A DNA stretch of 64,000 bases, from contig JBILVS010000002.1 in NCBI GenBank assembly GCA_044370335.1, forward strand, positions 2,908 to 66,907, given 5' to 3'. The position numbers and the translations under genes are program-made. The notes under the pieces are model-generated. The model searched no databases. It saw only the letters and a program-made list of their open reading frames with translations, and was not told the origin of the DNA. The DNA is from Caulobacterales bacterium (lineage in GTDB: Bacteria; Pseudomonadota; Alphaproteobacteria; Caulobacterales; Aquidulcibacteraceae). Below are positions 50,805 to 60,822 of the stretch, in pieces; the stretch's first letter is position 1, and every line of letters starts with the position of its first letter.

Positions 50805-51997
50805 GTTCCATGTATGCGGCGCGACGGGTGACGATCCTGGGAGCGACGGGATCAGTCGGGCTGTCAACGGCGGCGGTCGTCGAAGAGGCGGTCGCCCGCG
50901 GGGAGCCTCTTGCGGTGGAGGCCATCGCCGCCGGCCGGGACGTCGAAAAGCTCGTCGCGTTGGCGAGGCGGCTGAAGCCGCGCTTTGTGGCCATCCATGA
51001 CGAGACACAAGGGGCCGCCCTGAAGGAGGCGCTGGCTGGCCTCGACTGCGTTGTTGGGGCCGGCGAGGCCGCTGTGGTCGAGGCCGCGGAGCGGGACGCC
51101 GACTGGGTCATGGCGGCCATCGTCGGAGCCGCAGGCTTGGCCCCGACGCTCGCCGCCGCCGCCCGCGGCGCAACGGTAGCCCTCGCCAACAAGGAAAGCC
51201 TCGTCTGTGCGGGCGATCTTTTGACCCGGACCGCCCTTGAGGCCGGGGCGGCCTTGATCCCTGTGGACAGCGAACACAGTGCGATTTTTCAGGTCTGGGA
51301 AGGCCCCGAACGGGTGGAGAAGGTCACGCTGACCGCGTCCGGGGGCCCATTTCGCGTGGTCAGTCGGGATGCGATGGCCGGCGTCACTCCCGCGCAAGCC
51401 GTGGCGCATCCGACATGGCCGATGGGGGCGAAGATCTCGGTCGATTGCGCCACCATGATGAACAAGGGGCTCGAGCTCATCGAAGCGATGCACCTGTTCA
51501 GCATCGAGGCCGACCGCTTGGATGTGCTGATCCACCCCCAATCCATCATCCACAGCCTCGTACACTATGTGGACGGCTCGGTGCTGGCGCAGTTGGGGGC
51601 CCCCGACATGCGCACCCCGATCGCCTATGCTTTGGCCTGGCCGGATCGCATGCAGGTGTCGACCCCGCGGTTGGACCTCGCCAAGCTGAAAACGTTGAGC
51701 TTCGACGCTCCGGACGAGGAGCGCTTTCCCAATCTCCGCTTGGCCCGGGAGGCTGCCAAGGCCGGCGGAGGCCACACCGCGATCCTCAACGCGGCCAACG
51801 AGGTCGCCGTCGCCGCCTTTCTGCGCGGCGAGGTCGGTTTTCTCCAAATGGGAGAGATCAACGCCCGCGTCATGGAGGCCACGAACGGCCCGGCGCTTGC
51901 GTCTATCGCAAAATCGCCTTCATCCTTGGATGAACTCCGCGCCATCGATCAGGCGGCGCGGCAATTCAGCGGCGACGTTTTGGCGCAGATGCGGTAG
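50801..51997 (+). CDS. dxr: 1-deoxy-D-xylulose-5-phosphate reductoisomerase
   Basis: ILGATGSVG, LANKESLV, PVDSEHSAIFQ, MNKGLELIEA. ATGA overlap with the cdsA stop codon. Confidence 0.95.
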   Translation: MSSMYAARRVTILGATGSVGLSTAAVVEEAVARGEPLAVEAIAAGRDVEKLVALARRLKPRFVAIHDETQGAALKEALAGLDCVVGAGEAAVVEAAERDADWVMAAIVGAAGLAPTLAAAARGATVALANKESLVCAGDLLTRTALEAGAALIPVDSEHSAIFQVWEGPERVEKVTLTASGGPFRVVSRDAMAGVTPAQAVAHPTWPMGAKISVDCATMMNKGLELIEAMHLFSIEADRLDVLIHPQSIIHSLVHYVDGSVLAQLGAPDMRTPIAYALAWPDRMQVSTPRLDLAKLKTLSFDAPDEERFPNLRLAREAAKAGGGHTAILNAANEVAVAAFLRGEVGFLQMGEINARVMEATNGPALASIAKSPSSLDELRAIDQAARQFSGDVLAQMR

Positions 51998-52063
51998 GGA
52001 CCACCGAGCACCCGTCTTGGCGCAAGGCGTGCGAGGGGCGGAGGGCGACAGAGAGGGCGAGCT

Positions 52064-53269
52064 ATGCCAGAGGCGTTGTCGAACATCCTGATTTACGGGG
52101 GTTCGTTCATCCTGACCTTGAGCCTTGTGGTCTTTGTCCACGAGTTTGGACACTTCCAGGCTGCACGCTGGTCAAAAGTCGCCATCGACACCTTTTCCAT
52201 CGGCTTTGGGAAAACCTTGGCTTCTTGGAAGGACCGCCAGGGCGTGGAATGGCGGCTCGCCGCCCTTCCGTTGGGCGGCTATGTGCGGTTTTCGGGTGAT
52301 GCGGACGCCGCAAGCACCGCTTCCGATGTTCCCCTTGACACCCCCGAGCGCCGGGCCGCGGCGCGGAAGGCCGGCCTGTTCCACGCCATGCCCTTGGCCG
52401 TCCGCGCTTTCGTAGTGGCTGCCGGGCCCCTGATGAACTTCATTTTCGCGATCCTCGCGTTCGCCACGCTGTTCATGATCCTCGGCCGCGATGTCACCGA
52501 CAGGGACGCCCTGTCCCCCCGCGTCGACGCGGTCGTGGAAGGGACCGCAGCGGCGGAGGCCGGAATTCAGGCGGGCGACGTCATCGTCAGCATTGACGGC
52601 GTCGCCATCGACAGCTTCGGCGCGTTCCGGCGCACCGTGGAGGCCAGCGCCGGCGTCTCGCTCACGCTGGGCTTGCAACGGGAGCGCGCGATCGTCACCG
52701 TCAGCCTCACTCCCCGCACCGAAACGGTGACAGACCCACGCACCGGCATCGACCAACAGGTCGGCCGCGCCGGCATCCACCGCGTCGCAGGGCGTGACGA
52801 GCAGGTCGTAGAGCGGGTTGGCCCCGTTGAAGCCGTTGGCTACGGCGCTCGGGAAACCTGGAACATCGTGACCTCCACCTTCGCCTATGTGGGGAACATG
52901 ATTACCGGCCAAGCCTCGGCGGAGCACCTTTCCGGACCGTTGGGGATCATGGACCAGTCGGGTCAGATCGCGAAAAGCGCCATTGATCAGCACGCCAGCG
53001 TCAGCTGGGGCGATCGCATGGGCGATCTGCTGCTGTCGCTGTTGGGATGGGCGGCGGTGCTTTCCGTCGCGGTGGGAATCGTGAACCTTTTGCCCATTCC
53101 TGTGTTGGATGGGGGGCATTTGGCCTTCTATGCCATCGAAGCGGTGCGGGGCGGCAAGCCTCTGCCTCTTCAAGCTCAAGAATGGGCCATGCGGGGCGGG
53201 TTGATTGCGCTGTTGGCGCTGTTTCTATTCGCCACTTGGAATGACATCCAACGCATCATCGTTGGATAA
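52064..53269 (+). CDS. rseP: RIP zinc metalloprotease RseP (site-2 protease)
   Basis: HEFGHF motif in TM1, PDZ segment (GIQAGDVIVSIDG), C-terminal NLLPIPVLDGGH. Confidence 0.9.
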   Translation: MPEALSNILIYGGSFILTLSLVVFVHEFGHFQAARWSKVAIDTFSIGFGKTLASWKDRQGVEWRLAALPLGGYVRFSGDADAASTASDVPLDTPERRAAARKAGLFHAMPLAVRAFVVAAGPLMNFIFAILAFATLFMILGRDVTDRDALSPRVDAVVEGTAAAEAGIQAGDVIVSIDGVAIDSFGAFRRTVEASAGVSLTLGLQRERAIVTVSLTPRTETVTDPRTGIDQQVGRAGIHRVAGRDEQVVERVGPVEAVGYGARETWNIVTSTFAYVGNMITGQASAEHLSGPLGIMDQSGQIAKSAIDQHASVSWGDRMGDLLLSLLGWAAVLSVAVGIVNLLPIPVLDGGHLAFYAIEAVRGGKPLPLQAQEWAMRGGLIALLALFLFATWNDIQRIIVG

Positions 53270-53357
53270 CGCGGAACGGCGGTGCGTTCTTGTCAGGCGG
53301 CCGCGGATCATGTCTTAAGTCCCTGGCGCTGGGGAGCGCCGAACGATTGAGGCCGGT

Positions 53358-55895
53358 ATGAAGCGCATGTTGCGGGAAGTCGTGGTCGGCGCTGTCAGCG
53401 TGGCGACGGTCGGGATTGGCGCGCTGTCGTCCCCGGCGCACGCGATCGTTCAGGATTTGCGGCCCACCACGACGCCCGACGACGCGGCTGTGCCGGCGGC
53501 GGGCGCGCCGGAACCCTCGGCCCAGACGCCGGCGCAGGTCGCCGTCATTCGCCGTGTGCTGGTGGAAGGCAACCAGCGGATCGAAAGCGCAACTGTCGCC
53601 TCCTACCTCCTGTTGCGCTCGGGCGATGCCTTTGACGCCGAACGCATCGACTTGTCTCTCAAAACGCTGTTCGCCACGGGCCTGTTTGCCGACGTGGATA
53701 TCGAACAGCGCGGCGCTGACCTCGTGGTCTCGGTCGTGGAAAACCCGATCATCAGCCAGGTGATCTTCGAGGGCGTGAACGCCCTGGATGAAGAAGACCT
53801 TATGGATGAGGTGCAGGCCGATCCGCGGTCGGTGTTCACCGCCGCCCGGGTGCAGGCGGACGTCCAACGGATCATCGAGCTCTATCGCCGGGCGGGCCGC
53901 TTCGCCGCCACCGTGACCCCTCAGGTTCGGGAGTTGGAGCAGAACCGCGTCGATCTGATCTTCGAAATCGACGAAGGCCCGGTCACGGGCGTGCGGTCGA
54001 TCAACTTCATCGGCAACGACGCTTTCTCAGACCGCAGGCTCGGCGAGGCGATCGTCACCACCGAAAGCCGATGGTGGAATTTTTTCAGCCGCAACGACAA
54101 CTATGATCCCGACCGGCTGGAATACGATCGCGAACAGCTGCGGCAGTATTACACCAACAGGGGCTATGCCGATTTCCGTGTCGTATCCGCCGTGGCGGAA
54201 ATGACCCCCGATCAGCGGGACTTCTACGTCACTTTCACGGTGGATGAAGGCGTCCGCTACGAATTCGGCGAGATCAACGTCCAGACAGCGCTGGACCGGG
54301 TGCCGGCGGACATTCTGCTCGCCGCTATCCCGATCCGGGAAGGGGAGCTGTTTCAGTCTGACCTGATCGAAGATTCGATCGATGCGATGAACTTCGTGGC
54401 GGGAACCGTCGGCTACGCTAACGTTGACATCCGCCCGCGGGTGGAGCGCGATACCGAGAACCGGGTCGTCAATATCACCTTTGAAGTGAATGAAGGTCCT
54501 CGCGTTTTCATCGAGCGGATCAATATCGTCAACAACACCCAAACCCGCGATGAGGTCATCCGTCGCGAACTGCGCACCGTCGAAGGCGACGCCTTCAACC
54601 GCGTGCTCTTGGATCGGTCGCGGTCGCGGGTTCGGTCTTTGGGCTTCTTCCGGGAAGTCACCGTCGAGGAGCGCCCTGGTTCGGCTCGCGACCGCGCGAT
54701 CGTGGATGTGACGGTTGAAGAGGACACCACGGGGGAGGTCTCCTTCGCCGCCGGCTTCTCCACCACCGACTCGCTTCTGTTTGACCTGTCGTTGACCCAG
54801 CGCAACCTCGCCGGCCGCGGGCAGTATCTGCGCATGCGGGCGTCGACGTCTTCCCGGTCCCAGCAGTTGGAGCTCCGCTTCCTCGAGCCGCGGTTTTTGG
54901 GCCGCGAGCTTGCGGCGGGCTTCGACATCTATTCGCTGCGGTCGGACTTTGCGGACGAGTCCTCGTTTGAGAACCAGTCGACCGGGCTTGGCCTGCGGTC
55001 CTATTTCCCACTGACCGAGAACACGAGCCTTGGGGTCAACTACAGCTTTGTCCAGGACGATCTGGACGTGGTCGACGCGGTCGTCGCAATCGACGACCCC
55101 GGCAGCCCTGGCAACACCATCTTCGTCGAGCAGTGCTCCACGTTGAACCCGAACCGGGCTCTGATCTGCTTCCAGGAAGGCTCCTTCCTCACCTCCCTCG
55201 TGGGTTATAATTTCAACTGGGACCGTCGGAACGACCCGATTATGCCGACGCGCGGCTTTGATCTGCAGGTTCGGCAGGACTTTGCCGGCCTCGGCGGCGA
55301 CGTTCAGTACATCCGGTCGGAGTTCGAAGGAGGGCTGTATTATGGTCTGTTCCCCGATGTGGTGGCGAGCTTCCGTCTCAACACCGGCTACATCTTCGGA
55401 TGGGGTGGAGAAGAGGTCCGGATCAATGACCGGTTCTTCAAGGGCGGTCAGAGCTTCCGCGGCTTCGAGGTGGCGGGTCTGGGTCCGCGCCAGATCATCC
55501 AGATCACCGACGAGAGCGGCAATCTGGTGAACGAAGTCGAGGGCGACGCGCTCGGTGGCAACGTTTACGGCGTCGGCACCTTGGAGATCACCTTCCCGAC
55601 CGGCCTGCCTGAGCAGTTCGGCCTCAGCGCCGCCGCATTCGCGGAGTTCGGTACGGTCGGCATCCTGGATGAGGGGAGCCGGACGTCTTCGGTCTTCACC
55701 TCCGGGACCGGCTCGACCGCGCAGACCTTTACCCAGTTTGTCGAGGACAGCGCCTCGCTGCGGGCCGCAGCCGGCATCAGCCTGTTCTGGGAATCACCCT
55801 TCGGCCCCGTGCAGTTTGACTTCTCGCAGCCCTTCCAACGGGAGGATTACGACCAGACGGAGACCTTCCGGTTCTCGACACGGCGGCAATTCTAA
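53358..55895 (+). CDS. bamA: Outer-membrane protein assembly factor BamA
   Basis: 845 aa with signal peptide, POTRA repeats (I..V.VEGNQRIE...), and C-terminal barrel ending ...TFRFSTRRQF*. Confidence 0.9.
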   Translation: MKRMLREVVVGAVSVATVGIGALSSPAHAIVQDLRPTTTPDDAAVPAAGAPEPSAQTPAQVAVIRRVLVEGNQRIESATVASYLLLRSGDAFDAERIDLSLKTLFATGLFADVDIEQRGADLVVSVVENPIISQVIFEGVNALDEEDLMDEVQADPRSVFTAARVQADVQRIIELYRRAGRFAATVTPQVRELEQNRVDLIFEIDEGPVTGVRSINFIGNDAFSDRRLGEAIVTTESRWWNFFSRNDNYDPDRLEYDREQLRQYYTNRGYADFRVVSAVAEMTPDQRDFYVTFTVDEGVRYEFGEINVQTALDRVPADILLAAIPIREGELFQSDLIEDSIDAMNFVAGTVGYANVDIRPRVERDTENRVVNITFEVNEGPRVFIERINIVNNTQTRDEVIRRELRTVEGDAFNRVLLDRSRSRVRSLGFFREVTVEERPGSARDRAIVDVTVEEDTTGEVSFAAGFSTTDSLLFDLSLTQRNLAGRGQYLRMRASTSSRSQQLELRFLEPRFLGRELAAGFDIYSLRSDFADESSFENQSTGLGLRSYFPLTENTSLGVNYSFVQDDLDVVDAVVAIDDPGSPGNTIFVEQCSTLNPNRALICFQEGSFLTSLVGYNFNWDRRNDPIMPTRGFDLQVRQDFAGLGGDVQYIRSEFEGGLYYGLFPDVVASFRLNTGYIFGWGGEEVRINDRFFKGGQSFRGFEVAGLGPRQIIQITDESGNLVNEVEGDALGGNVYGVGTLEITFPTGLPEQFGLSAAAFAEFGTVGILDEGSRTSSVFTSGTGSTAQTFTQFVEDSASLRAAAGISLFWESPFGPVQFDFSQPFQREDYDQTETFRFSTRRQF

Positions 55896-55926
55896 CGTTT
55901 AAGTAAGATACCCAAAACAATCGGAA

Positions 55927-56520
55927 ATGGTGGGACAAATGCGTCACCTCGCAGTCGTCATGATGGTGTTCGGCCTGACGGTCGCCGCCCCAGTGCAAGA
56001 GGCCGCCGCGCAGGCGGCGCAATCTCAGATCGTGGTGTTGAACACCCAGCGGCTGATGTCAGACTCCGCGGCGGGCCAATCCCTCAGCCAGCAGATCGGC
56101 GCCATCCAGCAGCAGGTGATCAACGAACTCGGCAACGAAGAGCGGGCGATCCGTGCAGAAGAAGTCCGCCTGCAGGAAGCGGCCGCCGGCCTGACCCGGG
56201 ATCAGCTGCTGTCGAACTCTACCCTGACCTCGCAGATGGCCGCCAATGACCGTCGACTGCAGGCTCTGCAGCAGCGGGCCGCCGCCAGCGAGCGGGACCT
56301 GCAGTACACCGAGTTGATGGCTTTGCGGGACTTCAACGCCCAGCTTGGCCCCATCGTGGATGAAGTGATGGCCTCACGGGGCGCGCTCTATGTCCTCAAC
56401 TCCGGCGCGATTGTCCGCAGCTCCGCTTCCGGTGTCGATATTACCGACGAGGTGATCGCCCGCCTGGATCAGCGCCTGTCGAACCTGACCGTCACCCGTC
56501 AGACCGCTCCGGCGCAATAA
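55927..56520 (+). CDS. OmpH/Skp-family periplasmic chaperone
   Basis: Signal peptide then a Gln/Ala-rich coiled coil. Sits in the canonical position between bamA and lpxD. Confidence 0.8.
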   Translation: MVGQMRHLAVVMMVFGLTVAAPVQEAAAQAAQSQIVVLNTQRLMSDSAAGQSLSQQIGAIQQQVINELGNEERAIRAEEVRLQEAAAGLTRDQLLSNSTLTSQMAANDRRLQALQQRAAASERDLQYTELMALRDFNAQLGPIVDEVMASRGALYVLNSGAIVRSSASGVDITDEVIARLDQRLSNLTVTRQTAPAQ

Positions 56521-56532
56521 GCGACGCGGTCC

Positions 56533-57531
56533 GTGACGGACGCTAAATTCTATCAGGCTTTGGGGCCGGTCGCTGCGGAAACGCTGGCGGCCGGTTCGCC
56601 CGTTTTGGGCGACCGCACGCAGGCTGTGGCAAGCGTGGCCCCGTTTGGATCGGCGCAGGCGGATGGGCTTTCCTACCGCGACGGCCGCCCCAAAGGACCT
56701 TTACCGCCGTTGCGGGGCTGCGTCGTGGCGCAGGAGGCCTTGGCTCCGTCGCTTTTGGAGGCGGGCGCTGAGGCTGTCATCATTGCACCCGCCCCCCGGG
56801 CGGCCTTTGCGCGGATGTTGGGGATGCTGTTCCGGCAACGCGCCTGGATGGATGATGGACCAGCGCCCGTGATCGAGGCCGAGGCCAAGGTTTCGCCTCA
56901 CGCCATTCTCAGCTCCGGCTGCATGATCGGGGCGGGAGCAATCATCGCCCCGCTGGCTGTCATCGGCCCCGGCTGCGCAATCGGGCGCGGATCGATCATC
57001 GGCCCCCATGTCAGCATCCAATGCGCACTGATCGGGGATGGGGTGACCATAGGCCCCGGCGCCGTCATCGGCGAGCGGGGCTTTGGCGTTGCTGGCGACG
57101 CCGGCGGGCTGGTCGACATGCCGCATCTGGGGCGCGTCATCATCCAGGACCGCGTCTCCATCGGGGCCGGGACCACCGTTGACCGCGGCATGCTGGACGA
57201 CACCGTGATCGGCGAGGACAGCAAAATCGACAATCTCTGTCAGATCGCTCACAATGTCAGAGTTGGGCGAAGGGTTGTCGTGGCGGCGTTTGGCGGCATA
57301 TCCGGGTCGACCATCGTCGAGGACGGCGCGCGGCTTGGGGGGCGCGTCGGCATCGCCGATCATCGGCATATCGGCGAGAAAGCCGAGTTGGCGGCGGGGT
57401 CGGCGGTGATGCACGACGTTCCGGCAGGTGAAATGTGGGGCGGGTATCCTGCGCAGCCTGCGCGGACGTGGATGCGGCAGGCCGCTTGGCTGCGAAAGCA
57501 GGCGCAAAGGAAGAGCGATGGCGGACAGTGA
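56533..57531 (+). CDS. lpxD: UDP-3-O-acylglucosamine N-acyltransferase
   Basis: Left-handed beta-helix hexapeptide repeats (IGPG..IG.G..IG), then QIAHNV.VG and G.PA.P. GTG start. Confidence 0.9.
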   Translation: MTDAKFYQALGPVAAETLAAGSPVLGDRTQAVASVAPFGSAQADGLSYRDGRPKGPLPPLRGCVVAQEALAPSLLEAGAEAVIIAPAPRAAFARMLGMLFRQRAWMDDGPAPVIEAEAKVSPHAILSSGCMIGAGAIIAPLAVIGPGCAIGRGSIIGPHVSIQCALIGDGVTIGPGAVIGERGFGVAGDAGGLVDMPHLGRVIIQDRVSIGAGTTVDRGMLDDTVIGEDSKIDNLCQIAHNVRVGRRVVVAAFGGISGSTIVEDGARLGGRVGIADHRHIGEKAELAAGSAVMHDVPAGEMWGGYPAQPARTWMRQAAWLRKQAQRKSDGGQ

Positions 57532-58006
57532 GTTCAAGCAGCCTGAGGCGGCGGCTGGCGTGACAATCGATATCGACGAAGTCATGCGGCGCATCCCGCA
57601 TCGCTATCCGTTCCTCTTGGTGGATCGGGCGTTCGATTACGTGCCGCACACCTCGATCCGCGGGATCAAGGGCGTCACGATTAATGAGCCGTTCTTTCAG
57701 GGGCATTTTCCAAACAAACCCGTGATGCCGGGTGTGCTTCAGATCGAAGCCATCGCGCAAACAGGCGGTGTCCTGATGTCAAAGTCGTTGGACGTCGACA
57801 TCACGCGGCACACGATCCTGTTCATGGCGGTGGACGGCGTGCGCTTCCGGCGACCCGTCGTGCCGGGCGATCTCCTTGAAATGCCGGTCGAAGTGATCAT
57901 GGCGCGACGGAACATCTTCAAGTTCCGCGGCCGTGCGTTGGTGAACGGGGAAGTCGCGTGCGAGGCGGAGTTCGCCGCCATGAAAGCGGAGCTGCCAACC
58001 CCGTGA
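57518..58006 (+). CDS. fabZ: 3-hydroxyacyl-ACP dehydratase FabZ
   Basis: IPHRYPFLLVDR, FFQGHFP.KPVMPGVL.IEA.AQ. Overlaps lpxD by 14 nt. Confidence 0.95.
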   Translation: MADSEFKQPEAAAGVTIDIDEVMRRIPHRYPFLLVDRAFDYVPHTSIRGIKGVTINEPFFQGHFPNKPVMPGVLQIEAIAQTGGVLMSKSLDVDITRHTILFMAVDGVRFRRPVVPGDLLEMPVEVIMARRNIFKFRGRALVNGEVACEAEFAAMKAELPTP

Positions 58007-58797
58007 GCGCACACATTCACCCAAGCGCCGTCGTCCATCCCGAAGCCATTCTGGGGCAGGGTGTGGAAATCGGGCCATTCTGCGTGGTCGAGGCGGGCGC
58101 CCGCCTTGGCGATGGGGTGAAGCTTGTCTCCCATGTCCGGGTCGGCGGCTGCGTCACGATGGGCGAGGGTTGCGTCGCCGACGCTTTCTGTAGCCTCGGG
58201 GGACCACCGCAAGACCTGTCGTACAAGGGCGAGCCCACCACCGTGACGATCGGTCCTCGCACCCAAATGCGCGACCATTTCAGCGTGCATCGCGGCACCG
58301 CACGAGGGCGCGGCGCCACCGTCATAGGCGCGGACTGTTACTTCATGGCGCAAAGCCACGTCGCGCATGACTGTATAGTCGGCGACAAGGCGATGCTGTC
58401 GCAGAGCGCGGTCATCGGCGGCCATGTCGTCATGGAGGAGGGCGCCATCGTCGGCGGATTGTCCGCCGTCCATCAATACGTGCGGATCGGCAAAGCGGCC
58501 TTTATCGGCGGCGTCACGGCCCTGGTGCAGGACCTCATTCCTTACGGATTGGCCCTCGGCAACCATGCCGAGCTCGCCGGCCTGAACATGGTCGGCCTGA
58601 AGCGGCGCGGGGTGCCCCGGGACGCCATCCACCGGATCCGCGCGGCTTATCGCTTGCTGTTTGAGGGCGAGGGCGTTTGGGAAGAGCGCCTGACGCGGGT
58701 GGCGAGAGAGTTCGCCGACAGCCCGCAGGTCATGGACATCATCGACTTCATCCAGGCCGACAGCCGTCGGCCATTGTGCAAGCCGCGTTTGGCCTGA
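58003..58797 (+). CDS. lpxA: Acyl-ACP--UDP-N-acetylglucosamine O-acyltransferase
   Basis: IHPSAVVHPEAILGQGVEIGPFCVV hexapeptide repeats, C-terminal GLNMVGLKRRG. GTGA overlap with the fabZ stop codon. Confidence 0.9.
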   Translation: MSAHIHPSAVVHPEAILGQGVEIGPFCVVEAGARLGDGVKLVSHVRVGGCVTMGEGCVADAFCSLGGPPQDLSYKGEPTTVTIGPRTQMRDHFSVHRGTARGRGATVIGADCYFMAQSHVAHDCIVGDKAMLSQSAVIGGHVVMEEGAIVGGLSAVHQYVRIGKAAFIGGVTALVQDLIPYGLALGNHAELAGLNMVGLKRRGVPRDAIHRIRAAYRLLFEGEGVWEERLTRVAREFADSPQVMDIIDFIQADSRRPLCKPRLA

Positions 58798-58799
58798 TC

Positions 58800-59657
58800 A
58801 TGGGCGACGGCGGGACGCGCATAGGACTGATTGCCGGCGGCGGCGCCTTGCCTGCGGTCATCGCGGAACATCTGACTGGTCAAGGGCGACCACCCTTTGT
58901 GGTGCGGCTTGCGCCTTATGCCGACGAAGGGCTTCGTCCGTATCCCGGCGAAGACTTCAATCTGGGCCAGATCGGCCAGCAGTTCGAACACCTGAAAGCC
59001 GAGGGCTGCAACGCGGTCTGTTTCGCAGGTGTGGTGCGCCGCGTCGACCCGACCCAACTCAATCTCGATCCCTTGGCGTCGTCGCTCCTGCCGCGGGTGC
59101 TGGCGGCGATGAAGAATGGCGATGACGCCCTCATGCGGGTGTTTGTCGAAGCCGCCGAGGAGGCGGGTTTTCGGGTTCTGGGGGCCGAAGAGGCCTGCCC
59201 GGACATTCTGGCCGGCGCCGGGGTCTTGGGCGCTGCCTCCCCCGATCAACGCGCCCGCGCCGATATCGCCAAGGCCGCCGCGGTTGCGCAGGCGGTTGGC
59301 GCCTGGGACATCGGCCAAGGCGTAGTGGTTTGCGAAGGGCTCGTGCTCGCGGTGGAAGCCCAGGAGGGCACCGACCTCATGCTTCGGCGCGTCGGGCAGT
59401 TGCCGGAAGCGGTGCGGGGAACGGCCGCCGCCCGCCGCGGCGTGCTGGTCAAGAGGCCGAAGCCCCGCCAGGAGCGGCGCATCGATCTGCCGACAATCGG
59501 GCTCGCTACGGTGGCGACCGCGGCGGCCGCGGGCCTTGCAGGGATCGCGGTGGAAGCCGGCGGCGCGCTGTTCCTGCAGCGGGAGGAGGCCTTGGCCCGA
59601 GCGGATCAACTCGGGCTATTTGTTTACGGCTTCTCCCCCGCCGATCCCGCGGCATGA
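58800..59657 (+). CDS. lpxI: UDP-2,3-diacylglucosamine pyrophosphatase LpxI (DUF1009)
   Basis: IGLIAGGGALP N-terminus, GQGVVV....VLAVEA.EGTD.M, DLPTIG. Sits between lpxA and lpxB as in other alphaproteobacteria. Confidence 0.8.
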   Translation: MGDGGTRIGLIAGGGALPAVIAEHLTGQGRPPFVVRLAPYADEGLRPYPGEDFNLGQIGQQFEHLKAEGCNAVCFAGVVRRVDPTQLNLDPLASSLLPRVLAAMKNGDDALMRVFVEAAEEAGFRVLGAEEACPDILAGAGVLGAASPDQRARADIAKAAAVAQAVGAWDIGQGVVVCEGLVLAVEAQEGTDLMLRRVGQLPEAVRGTAAARRGVLVKRPKPRQERRIDLPTIGLATVATAAAAGLAGIAVEAGGALFLQREEALARADQLGLFVYGFSPADPAA

Positions 59658-60811
59658 GCGGCGGGGTTTACATCGTCGCCGTGGAAGCCTCCGGCGACGC
59701 GCTTGGGGCGGATCTGGCGCGAGCCCTCCGCCGCCGGCGGCCCGAGCTGCCGCTCCTCGGGGTCGGTCTTGAGGATCTGGCCGCAGAAGGGGTGCATCGG
59801 CCCATCGACCTCTCCGGTCTTGCCGTTCTCGGTTTTGTGGATGGGATTAAAGCTTATCCGCGAGTGAAACAGGCCGTCCAGGCTGTGACGGCGGACATCG
59901 TGGCCACCCGGCCCGCCGTTGCGGTGTTGATCGACAGCTGGGGCTTTACGATCCGGGTGGCGGCGCAGGTCCGCGACCTCGCCCCAGAGATCCGTCTCGT
60001 GAAATATGTGGGTCCCCAAGTCTGGGCGACGCGTCCAGGACGGGCCAAGACGCTCGCGGCGCTGGTGGATCATCTCATCTGCATCCATGACTTCGAGCCG
60101 CCGTTCTATGCGCCTTATGGCCTCGGCTGTACGGTCTGCGGCCATCCCGCCATCGGCCGCCATGTCCAAGGCGACGGCTCAGCCTTTCGGGCGCGGCACG
60201 GTTTTGCGCCGGAGGAACGCCTGCTGCTCATCGCGCCAGGAAGCCGCCCGAGCGAGCTGCGTCGCGTGGCGCCGACCCTGTGGCGGGCGGCTGCGCGGCT
60301 CAAGGCGAGCCGACCCGATCTGCGCATCATCTGCGTGCCCGCTCAAACCGTCCGCGGGCAAGTGCTGGCTCTAGCCCGGGAAAGCGGCCTCGACGTGCTG
60401 TGCCTGCCGGACGAAAGCGACAAGGGCGACGCTTTCGCTGCGGCCACTGCCGTACTGGCCGCCTCCGGCACGGTGACGACCGAGATCGCGTTGCAAGGCG
60501 CGCCGGTCGTGATCGCCTACAAACTGGGCTGGATCACCTGGGCCATCGCCCGGGCGTTTTTGTTCAAAAGCCCCTATGCGGCTCTGATTAACGTGGCGGC
60601 CGGCAAAGAGGCCGCCCCGGAGTTCATCCAGACGAAGATGACCGCAGACAATCTCGCCGCTGCCGTCGGCCGCCTGCTTGACGAACCCGCCGCGCGGGAG
60701 GCGCAGATCGCGGCGCAGAATGTGGCGCTTGAAAAAATGGGCCACGGTGGCCCCGCAGCCCAGGATGTGGCGGCCGACGCGGTTCTTTCCGTGATGAACC
60801 GCGTCGGCTGA
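59654..60811 (+). CDS. lpxB: Lipid-A-disaccharide synthase
   Basis: VYIVAVEASGDALGA, IDSWGFT, ASGTVTTE.AL.G.P.V..YK. ATGA overlap with the lpxI stop codon. Confidence 0.9.
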   Translation: MSGGVYIVAVEASGDALGADLARALRRRRPELPLLGVGLEDLAAEGVHRPIDLSGLAVLGFVDGIKAYPRVKQAVQAVTADIVATRPAVAVLIDSWGFTIRVAAQVRDLAPEIRLVKYVGPQVWATRPGRAKTLAALVDHLICIHDFEPPFYAPYGLGCTVCGHPAIGRHVQGDGSAFRARHGFAPEERLLLIAPGSRPSELRRVAPTLWRAAARLKASRPDLRIICVPAQTVRGQVLALARESGLDVLCLPDESDKGDAFAAATAVLAASGTVTTEIALQGAPVVIAYKLGWITWAIARAFLFKSPYAALINVAAGKEAAPEFIQTKMTADNLAAAVGRLLDEPAAREAQIAAQNVALEKMGHGGPAAQDVAADAVLSVMNRVG

Positions 60812-60822
60812 AGCCTTGATGG